Positions 1 to 8,005 of a stretch of 42,857 bases of DNA are shown here, piece after piece. Both the position numbers and the translations under genes were made by a program. Numbering within the stretch: position 1 is the stretch's first letter; every line of letters starts with the position of its first letter. This DNA is from an uncultured Verrucomicrobia subdivision 3 bacterium (GTDB lineage Bacteria; Verrucomicrobiota; Verrucomicrobiia; Limisphaerales; UBA11358), in assembly GCA_903822015.1 (NCBI GenBank), contig CAIJNQ010000172.1, forward strand, positions 1-42,857, written 5' to 3'. The notes beneath the pieces were generated by a model that made no database searches, was not told where the DNA came from, and saw only the letters and a program-made list of their open reading frames with translations.

Positions 1-530
1 ATTTCCTTGTAGAGATAGCCGCGGGCGAGCAACTCGATCACTTCGCGTTCGCGCGGCGAAAGATCGTTCGTGCCATCCGTCTCGCTTTCGGTCCGGCGAA
101 ACGACTGGACGACTTTGCGGGCGATCTGGCTGCTCATGGGCGAGCCGCCCGCGTGCACGTCCTTCAAAGCATCGATCAGTTCATTGCGTTTCGTCTGCTT
201 GAGCATATAGCCAGAGGCGCCGGCGGAAAGCGCGTCAAAAATGTGATTAGCGTCTTCATAAACGGTAACCATGACAAACTGGGTGTTGGGCAGGCGCGGT
301 TTCAGGCGCCGGACGCATTCGATGCCGTTCATGCCCGGGAGATTGATGTCAAACAACACGACGGAAGGATTTTCCTGCGGCAACCGGGCCAGCGCCGTCT
401 CGGCATCGTCATATTCGCCCGCGCATTTGAATCCATCGGCATCACGAATCCAGCCGGCGAGGATTTCCCGCGCCGGCACATCGTCTTCCACAATGGCCAC
501 CGAAATGTTCACAGTTGATTTCTGCTTCAT
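1..530 (-). CDS. NarL/LuxR-family response regulator (3' end runs off the window)
   Basis: Not in the ORF track; translated by hand from ATG at 530: MKQKSTVNISVAIVEDD...VVLFDINLPGMNGIECV...VMVTVYED...AGASGYMLK...GGSPMSSQIARKVV...LSPREREVIELLARGYLYKE. This is a REC domain plus the start of a LuxR HTH, directly downstream of a HisKA_3 kinase. Confidence 0.95.
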   Translation of the reverse strand, partial: MKQKSTVNISVAIVEDDVPAREILAGWIRDADGFKCAGEYDDAETALARLPQENPSVVLFDINLPGMNGIECVRRLKPRLPNTQFVMVTVYEDANHIFDALSAGASGYMLKQTKRNELIDALKDVHAGGSPMSSQIARKVVQSFRRTESETDGTNDLSPREREVIELLARGYLYKE

Positions 531-591
531 AATCTACAGCCCGAACCCCGAAAGTCGTGTCCAGTTAATTGATGACACGCCGGAGCCCTTA

Positions 592-3500
592 TTAAGTTGT
601 TTCCCGCGCCGCGGCGGGGACGGAAACGAAAAATCTGATTTCGGTTCCCGCGCCGGTTTCACTCTTAATCTCGCACCGGCCGCCGATTTTCTCCAGACGC
701 TGCCGCAGGTTTTTCAGGCCGTTGCCGCGTCCCAGCCGCTGGGTTTCCCAGTTGTTTTCCGCCGCCGCGACGTCAAAACCTTTTCCGTTATCCTCGATGA
801 TCACCTTAAAGCCGGCGGCATCAGGCGTCAGCGAAACGGAGACGCGGGACGCGCCGGAATGTTTGACGATATTGTGCAGCGCCTCCTTGAAGGCCAGGAA
901 AACGTTATGTCGCAATTCAGCCGTGATCGGCCAGTGCGGCAGTTGCAACGGCACATCGAGCCGGCAGCGGATATTGATAGAAGTCAGATATTCCTGGGCA
1001 AAATTTCCCAAGTAATTCGCAAGGCTGTCCAGCGTGTCGTGTTTCGGGTTCACGGCCCAGACGATTTCATCCATCGAGCGGGTCAGCTCGCGGGAGGTAT
1101 CGTAGATCCGGTCAAGCTGGACGCCGGCTTGCTCCGGATTGTTCAAATCGCCATGCACGGACTGGCTCAGAAGCGAGATGCGGGTGAGGTTGGCGCCGAG
1201 ATGGTCATGGATGTCCTTGGCGATGCGGGTCCGTTCGCGCTCGATGGCCTGCTGGCGTTCGACGCGTTCCAGCTTGGCGCGCATCCGGCGGCGGGCAATC
1301 CACCAGACACTGCCGGCCACCAGGGCGATGGCCGCCAGCACGGTGAAGGCACGAAACCAATAGGTCTGCCAGAAATGTGGCAGCAATGTGAAGGCGAGTT
1401 CCGCGCCGGTGTCGTTCCAGACGCCGTCGCTGTTGCAGGCACGGACTTGGAAGGTATAATGCCCCGGCGGAAGGTAGCTATATTCGGCAACCCGTTTGTT
1501 TCCCGCGTCCACCCAGTCTTTTTCCCAGCCGGCCAGCCGGTATTTGAACTGCATCTTTTCCGGGGCGACGAAACTCAAACCGGTGAAGTGAAATTCAAGG
1601 CGCGGCAGGCCCGGTGGGATGCGGAGCTCGTTTCCCTGGGTCTGGCCGTCCGCGAGTTTACGGCCGTTGGCGATGATTTCTTCAATAACCACGGGCGGCG
1701 GCTGATGATTAATCTTAGTATGATCCGGGTTCACGGCCACCAGGCCGCCGGCGGTGGGAAACCAGATGCGTCCGTCCGCCGTCTGACAACTGGAAGGCTG
1801 CATACCCCCCGATATTTCCACCGAAGGCAGGCCGTCGCCGATGCCGTAATTCAAACAGGGCACATAGTTCGTGCCGCCGTCGGCGCACTTGTCGAGGGCC
1901 ATTTTGGCGACCCGAAAAATTCCCTCGTGGGAGCCGACCCAGAAATTTCCGACATCGTCCTCCTCGATGCCCAATATGAAATTGCTTGGCAATCCCTGAG
2001 CCGAATTGATTTTTGAAAACCGGCCGTCTTTAAAGCGGCACATCCCGTTACCGTAGGTGCCGATCCATAAGGCGCCATCAGTGTCCAGGTGCAGGCACAG
2101 GAGATAGTCGCTGGAAAGCCCGTCGCTCTTGAAAAATTGTTCCAACTTGCCATTTTGCAACCGTCCCAGGCCGCCGCCCAGCATGCCAAACCAGACGGTT
2201 CCGTCAGGGGTTTGGGCGATCGCGCGAACATCCGGCAGTTTCAAACCTTCCTTTTCGCCGTACCATTTTACCGCCCCGGACTGGTAGCGGATCAAGCCGC
2301 TGGCGGTGCCGATCCAGCTGACGCCGTCGCCGGTTTGCAGAATGGCGGGCATGGGCACATTGACGTTTTCCAAACCAGGCGGAACGACAAAATGGTCGTC
2401 TTTTTTGGTATAGATCCCGCCACCCCAGGTGCCCGCCCACAACCGGTTCTGGTCATCTTTGGAAACGCACCAGACGAACTGGTTGGAAAACCCGGCGCTG
2501 GCGCCATATTGTTTCCACTCGTTGTTTTCCAGCAGGTGATAAAGCCCCGCGCCCTCGGTTCCCACCCAAAGGCCGCCATTGCCATCGGGGGTCGCTGAGA
2601 GTGGCACGCAGCCGTGCCAGTGATCCGGCGGGTTAAAGGTCTCCACCTTGCTCGGGCAAAGCGCGACCAGACCTTCGCTGCCCGCTCCCATCCACAGGGT
2701 TCCCTCCCGGTCCTCAATCATGCAGCGGATCCAGTCATGCGGAAATCCATTGCTGCGGCTGAAATGCAGGGCCGGCTTGTTCGAGAGCATGAGATAAAGG
2801 CCGCTATCCACCGTGCCGAGCGCGATGCAGCCGGATCTGGTTTGCAGCATGGTGGAAAATGAAGAGTTGCCCGGATTAGCCCCCAGATCCTGGGTCCAAA
2901 TCCGGCCATTCCATTTCCGGATCAGCCCGTCACTGGCCACCCACATTTCACTATCATGACTGGGGCAGACGCCCAGAACGTAGTTGCCAACCGGATCGTT
3001 GGTGGTGGCCATGGGGACCAGCTGGCCGCCTTTCAAGGGGGCCAATCTTCCCCCGCTGACAACCCAGATCTGGCCCAAGGCGGCCGGCTGCGCGAGCACC
3101 GCCTGTTGCATAAGTACCACGCCGTCATTATTCGGCAGGTTGCAGGTGAAGCCATCGCGGACCCGCACGAGGGTTCCGTCTTCGTTCAGCATCCAAATGT
3201 CGCCGGCTTCATCCGAATTGATGGCCGATATCTTTCTGCGGATACCGCTTTCATGAATCGCGAGCGCGGTGAATTTGCCGTCGCGATAGCTGGTCAGGTC
3301 GCCGCGTTCGTGGCCTATCCACAAGGTGCCCCGGGGATCTTCATATAAACTGGTGATGCGGTCGCTTTGCAATTCCGGCGTGTTCGCACTGGTGAAGACG
3401 GTGAAACGCACGCCATCGAACCGCGCCAGTCCGCCGTACGTGCCCAGCCAAAGATAGCCGTCGCGCGTCTGGACAATCGCCGTGACCACGTTGCCGGGCA

Positions 3501-3690
3501 GACCGCTGTCGGTTTTCCAGGAACGCACAAAATATTTTTGCGCGGTGGGTTCCGCCGTGACGGTCGTCAGGTACGCGCCCAAAAAAACGAACAAGATGGC
3601 GCCGATGCGCGGCACATTTGGAGCCGGGAAACCGCGTGCGGGCCGGACAGAAGCCGCCAAATTTTTTAACACCGGCCAACGGAAGAACAT
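592..3690 (-). CDS. Membrane sensor histidine kinase with periplasmic beta-propeller (Reg_prop) and Y_Y_Y domains, HisKA_3 + HATPase
   Basis: Repeated G-x-LW-x-GT-x-x-GL blades, YRLAGWEKDW...YSYLPPGHYTFQVRACN (Y_Y_Y), a TM helix, ERTRIAKDIHDHLG H-box, EALHNIVKHS, DNGKGF, GNGLKN. Start uncertain: ATG 3690 chosen, ORF open to 3792. Confidence 0.93.
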   Translation of the reverse strand: MFFRWPVLKNLAASVRPARGFPAPNVPRIGAILFVFLGAYLTTVTAEPTAQKYFVRSWKTDSGLPGNVVTAIVQTRDGYLWLGTYGGLARFDGVRFTVFTSANTPELQSDRITSLYEDPRGTLWIGHERGDLTSYRDGKFTALAIHESGIRRKISAINSDEAGDIWMLNEDGTLVRVRDGFTCNLPNNDGVVLMQQAVLAQPAALGQIWVVSGGRLAPLKGGQLVPMATTNDPVGNYVLGVCPSHDSEMWVASDGLIRKWNGRIWTQDLGANPGNSSFSTMLQTRSGCIALGTVDSGLYLMLSNKPALHFSRSNGFPHDWIRCMIEDREGTLWMGAGSEGLVALCPSKVETFNPPDHWHGCVPLSATPDGNGGLWVGTEGAGLYHLLENNEWKQYGASAGFSNQFVWCVSKDDQNRLWAGTWGGGIYTKKDDHFVVPPGLENVNVPMPAILQTGDGVSWIGTASGLIRYQSGAVKWYGEKEGLKLPDVRAIAQTPDGTVWFGMLGGGLGRLQNGKLEQFFKSDGLSSDYLLCLHLDTDGALWIGTYGNGMCRFKDGRFSKINSAQGLPSNFILGIEEDDVGNFWVGSHEGIFRVAKMALDKCADGGTNYVPCLNYGIGDGLPSVEISGGMQPSSCQTADGRIWFPTAGGLVAVNPDHTKINHQPPPVVIEEIIANGRKLADGQTQGNELRIPPGLPRLEFHFTGLSFVAPEKMQFKYRLAGWEKDWVDAGNKRVAEYSYLPPGHYTFQVRACNSDGVWNDTGAELAFTLLPHFWQTYWFRAFTVLAAIALVAGSVWWIARRRMRAKLERVERQQAIERERTRIAKDIHDHLGANLTRISLLSQSVHGDLNNPEQAGVQLDRIYDTSRELTRSMDEIVWAVNPKHDTLDSLANYLGNFAQEYLTSINIRCRLDVPLQLPHWPITAELRHNVFLAFKEALHNIVKHSGASRVSVSLTPDAAGFKVIIEDNGKGFDVAAAENNWETQRLGRGNGLKNLRQRLEKIGGRCEIKSETGAGTEIRFFVSVPAAARETT

Positions 3691-4019
3691 GAGCGGATTC
3701 TGGCCGCCATAAAAACCACACGCAAGCCAAACCATTACGACTGCAGAGTCACCGGCGCATACTCGGCACGTGTTTTCCAGGCTCCAGCCCATTGCGCAAG
3801 AAAGTTTAGCCGGGTTGAAAAAGTCTTGTTTTTTTCCATCGGGGATTGCTTTGGGCTGCCTCGGTTAAACACAAATACCTGTGCGCAAATTGATGAGCCC
3901 CGATTGAAATAAGTACAACCAGAAAGTTCGGGCTGTCGCGGGATATAACCGGGCAATGGAGCGGGCAGGTTGGGTCACCACAAACCAGTGGTTGGGTAAG
4001 GTTCACCTACCGTGTCAAC

Positions 4020-5504
4020 TTACCATGCCATGACCAGCTGGATCTGAAAAACCTCCGCCCGGGAGTGCGCTTCGTTAAAGGCGGGATCCCAGATCATCTG
4101 GAAGTCGGGTTGGATTTTGATCGTCGGTGTCAGTTGCAGGGCATATACCGACTCAATGGTGTATTCGTTCTCATGGTAGACTTTTTTGGTCGAATAACCG
4201 GGCTCGGACCAGATAAAGCCGACTCCGAGGAAATCGTTGCTTATCCGGTGAGTCAATACCTGGTCAAACGGCCCTTTGAAGACGAACCCGGTGCCGACCT
4301 GCTCGCCCGCGCCGCCGGTCACTTTGGAATCGCCGAAGCCATAACGGCCGAACCATCCCAGTGGTGAGGATGAACCTAATTGCTGCTGAAGATCGAAGCA
4401 AATTCCTCCGCCACTGGTGTGTTTGGCCCCGGCTGCGAATGGCTGGACGCGATAAATGCCAGGTCCCAGGTCCAAAAAGTCATGTGGCGCGTAGCCGATT
4501 TCCATGGGTAACGACCAGTTTTCGCTGCTGTAATCTGTCCAAGGCGGGTTGCCAGCTGGGGTGTCGCCGATCGAACCGCCAGCCATGGCATACCATTCAT
4601 CCACCGGTTGCCACTGGAGGTTGAGTCCGAAATCATATTGCGCCAGCGGCAATACCTGCGAGTGAATCAAGGCCGAGTTGATGAATTCGCTGCGTCCACT
4701 GTCGGCATAGGCATTTCCATCAATGTAATTACGCTGGCTTACCACACCAGCCACCACGACGATCTCGCCTTGAAGAAGTGACTCCTGCCAAGCCAGTTCC
4801 GGGATTCGGAACCCGTTCACATCCGACCAAATGCCGGTGGGATCGGTCACGGTGCCAAGATTGGACTTGGCGTCCTGCGAGCCGCTGGCGGAATCAAAGC
4901 CCGTCTTGTTTTCAATCTGGGAACTGATCCAGCCCGCGTTCCCGTCCGCGGGCGCGTTGTAGATGTTCCACTTTGATTTTAAATCGAGGGTATAATAACC
5001 CAGGTCGCCGGTCCCGTTTTTCTCACCGGTCAGGCTGACGAAGGTGATGGTTTGTTGCAAGGAATAGCGGAATCCATATTCCGAAAGCCAGTATTTTGCC
5101 CCTTGCACCGGTCCCTCCAGTGGCACAAAGAAGAATATCGCGCCAGGGCGGATCGCTGTATTGCCGTATTCATCCTGACCGGTTAGATAAGGCATGAGTC
5201 GGGGCGGCCCGCCGTGGAAAATCTGAAAGGCATTGGTGCCAGCTCGCGCTCGTTGCAATATTTCCGGAGGCGCGCTTGCCCCCTTGGTCGGGTCGGGAAA
5301 CTGCCTTTCCAGTATCATATCCGGTGGGGGGTGCATCTCGGCAGGCACTGAATTGGTCGGCACCCAAACCACTCGCCCCAAGCTGTCGAGCAGTAATATG
5401 TCTTGCGATGTTAAGCCGGACGAATTGGTTCCGTTTGCAAAGGATAATAGCGGTATGGCCAGCAAAATTGCCAGAAACGTTCGCCAATTGGATCGCATAT
5501 TCAT
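4020..5504 (-). CDS. Carbohydrate-selective porin, OprB family
   Basis: Signal peptide, ELAWQESL, FINSAL, beta-strand pattern, and a C-terminus EYTIESVYALQLTPTIKIQPDFQMIWDP...LVMAW ending in an aromatic residue. Confidence 0.8.
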   Translation of the reverse strand: MNMRSNWRTFLAILLAIPLLSFANGTNSSGLTSQDILLLDSLGRVVWVPTNSVPAEMHPPPDMILERQFPDPTKGASAPPEILQRARAGTNAFQIFHGGPPRLMPYLTGQDEYGNTAIRPGAIFFFVPLEGPVQGAKYWLSEYGFRYSLQQTITFVSLTGEKNGTGDLGYYTLDLKSKWNIYNAPADGNAGWISSQIENKTGFDSASGSQDAKSNLGTVTDPTGIWSDVNGFRIPELAWQESLLQGEIVVVAGVVSQRNYIDGNAYADSGRSEFINSALIHSQVLPLAQYDFGLNLQWQPVDEWYAMAGGSIGDTPAGNPPWTDYSSENWSLPMEIGYAPHDFLDLGPGIYRVQPFAAGAKHTSGGGICFDLQQQLGSSSPLGWFGRYGFGDSKVTGGAGEQVGTGFVFKGPFDQVLTHRISNDFLGVGFIWSEPGYSTKKVYHENEYTIESVYALQLTPTIKIQPDFQMIWDPAFNEAHSRAEVFQIQLVMAW

Positions 5505-6079
5505 GTCCTCAAGGTCTCTTACCGAAACCCGCGCTGGCTTACCGGGCCCGTCGGTCAGTCTTTTTAGTACCGGGTTAGGTAAAAAAAGTTGTCCTGAAGC
5601 TGTAATAAAATAACGGCCTAGTCCGGATTTTTTTCGATTGGATTACCCGTAACCCTGCTAAATCTGGTGGCATATTATAAAAAAATGTGGCGCGCGCAAA
5701 TGAAAAGTGTCGTCAGATCGAAGAGGCGTAAAGCATGGCATTTCACCTGTTTGCCAAAAACTTGATGTATGTTTGGTTTCATTTTTTAAGCAGCTAGAGC
5801 TTTGGCATTCAAATTCGTGCCAAGTGTTTACATGACAAGACAATCTCCGGGAAAACCTGTTCACTGAGTGGATCAAATGCGCCACCTTTCTCGCAAACCA
5901 CTATTTTTTGGCCTGGTTCCAAGGTTTTCGATTACCCAGCTCAGTCGTTGGTGCGCCGTCGGTTTGATTTTGACGGCCGGCGTTGTGCCCGCTGCCACAG
6001 GTCCGTCGCCGTTGCTCAAACTAATAAGCAACCCGTTTGCCGGCAACGGCGGATGACAAATTCGCAACCCTGGTAACCA

Positions 6080-7987
6080 ATGACCTCCAACGCATTATCC
6101 GGAACCGCTCGGGCGCTTTTTCAGGTATGCCTGCTCTGCCTGCTTTTGATCGCGGCGACCGGCCGCGCCGGCAATTACACAAATTTCGAAGTCGCGATTT
6201 ATATCCCCGTCGGCACCGTGCAAAGTTTTGCGAACCCGCAGAAGCTGGTGGACGATTGGACGCGCATCAGCCGCCAGTTGAAGGTGGACAAGGTTTACAT
6301 CGAGGTGCAACGCGATCACAATCTGGCCGGCGATGAATTGCTTGAATCGGTGAAGCAGTTTTTTCTTGACCGCGGAGTGAAGGTCGCTGGCGGCATGGCC
6401 TTGTCAGACGGCAGCATCGGCGGCCAATTCAAGTCGTTTTGCTACACCGATCCACAAGACCGTGAGTTTGTCAAAAGCGCGGCGGAACGGGCGGCGCGGC
6501 ATTTTGATGAGGTCATCCAGGACGATTTCTTTTTCAACACCACGAAAAACGCCTCCGACATCGCGGCCAAGGGTGAGCGAAGCTGGACGCAATTCCGGCT
6601 CGGGCTGATGGACGATGTGGCCCAAAACCTGATTGTAAAACCGGCCAAAGCCGTGAATCCTAAAGTAAAAATGGTCGTCAAGTTTCCGAACTGGTATGAG
6701 CATTTCCAGGGACTTGGTTATGACCTTGAGCGGGAACCGGAGATTTTCGACGGCATATACACCGGCACCGAGACGCGTGAAGCGGAAATCACCGACCAGC
6801 ACTTGCAGCCCTACGAAAGCTACCAGATCGTCCGCTATTTTGAAAACATTGCGCCGGGTCGAAATGGCGGCGGCTGGGTGGACACCTATGACATCCGCTA
6901 CGTGGACCGCTATGCCGAGCAATTGTGGGACACGGTGTTCGCCAAGGCGCGCGAGCAAACGCTGTTTAACTGGGCGGATTTGCTCCACCCAATCGACCCC
7001 GGCGTCCGCGCGGCTTGGGAAAAATTACCGACCAGTTTTAAATTTGATGAAATGGCAAAGGGCCATGTCGACCCGAACCTGGCGCGTGTCGCCGGTTATT
7101 CGCTGGAACAGGCGGATGTTTTTCTCGGCAAGCTGGGCAATCCGATCGGCATCGCAAGCTACAGGCCGTTCCAATCCACAGGCGAGGATTTCCTGCACAA
7201 TTATCTCGGCATGATCGGCATTCCGATTGACCTGCATCCCGAATTTCCGACGAACGCGAATCTGGTGCTGTTGACCGAAAGCGCAAAATTTGATCCGGAC
7301 ATCGTTGCCAAAATCAAGGGCCAGCTCGCCGCCGGAAAAAATATTGTGATAACTTCCGGCCTGCTGCACGCGTTGTCGGGCAGGGGCATCGAGGACATCG
7401 TCGAAGTGCGCTACACCGACCACAAATTTCTGACGCACGAATATCTCGGCGGTTTTGGCGCGGGCAAAGGCGCCGCGCTCGACGGCGAGACCAACGTGGA
7501 TGTTCTGTTTCCGGAAATCATTTTTCTCACCAACGACGCCTGGCCGGTGGTGCGGGCGATCGCCGGCGACAACGGCTTTCCGCTGCTGCTTATGGATCGC
7601 TATGCCAGGGGCGTGCTTTACGTCTGGACCATGCCCGAAAATTTCAGCGACCTTTATGCGCTGCCGCCAGCGGTCGCGAGCGCGATCAAGGACCAGGTCA
7701 TGCGTGATTTTCCGATCTGGCTGGACGGCGCGAGCAAGGTTGCTTTGTTCGCCTACGACAACGACACCTTCATCTTGGAATCCTATCTGCCGGCGGCGAC
7801 GGACGTGAAAGTTTCCGTCACCGGCGATTTCGCGCAGTTGCGGAACTTGGTCACCGGCGAAACCATTCCCGGCCGGGTTGCCTCCGAAGACCATCATCGC
7901 TGGCAGCCAAACGCTTACGCCGGTCGCACTTCGTTCAATATCCATCTGTTGCCGCACAGCTATGTCGTGTTCGCGGCGGAGAAATAA
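6080..7987 (+). CDS. Secreted hypothetical protein, putative unclassified glycoside hydrolase
   Basis: Signal peptide, strong coding bias, TIM-barrel-like alternation with acidic motifs (QDDFFF, YTGTETRE), first gene of a GH2-GH3 run. Family not recognised with certainty. Confidence 0.55.
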   Translation: MTSNALSGTARALFQVCLLCLLLIAATGRAGNYTNFEVAIYIPVGTVQSFANPQKLVDDWTRISRQLKVDKVYIEVQRDHNLAGDELLESVKQFFLDRGVKVAGGMALSDGSIGGQFKSFCYTDPQDREFVKSAAERAARHFDEVIQDDFFFNTTKNASDIAAKGERSWTQFRLGLMDDVAQNLIVKPAKAVNPKVKMVVKFPNWYEHFQGLGYDLEREPEIFDGIYTGTETREAEITDQHLQPYESYQIVRYFENIAPGRNGGGWVDTYDIRYVDRYAEQLWDTVFAKAREQTLFNWADLLHPIDPGVRAAWEKLPTSFKFDEMAKGHVDPNLARVAGYSLEQADVFLGKLGNPIGIASYRPFQSTGEDFLHNYLGMIGIPIDLHPEFPTNANLVLLTESAKFDPDIVAKIKGQLAAGKNIVITSGLLHALSGRGIEDIVEVRYTDHKFLTHEYLGGFGAGKGAALDGETNVDVLFPEIIFLTNDAWPVVRAIAGDNGFPLLLMDRYARGVLYVWTMPENFSDLYALPPAVASAIKDQVMRDFPIWLDGASKVALFAYDNDTFILESYLPAATDVKVSVTGDFAQLRNLVTGETIPGRVASEDHHRWQPNAYAGRTSFNIHLLPHSYVVFAAEK

Positions 7988-8005
7988 ATTTCCAACCTAG
8001 ACATT

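Noticed and set aside
271-2016. 581-aa plus-strand ORF
   Set aside because: Antisense shadow of the kinase and regulator, with no motifs; expected in high-GC DNA.
5505-6079. Riboswitch, ncRNA or small ORFs in the oprB-GH divergent gap
   Set aside because: No recognisable conserved RNA motif; consistent with a plain AT-rich divergent promoter region.
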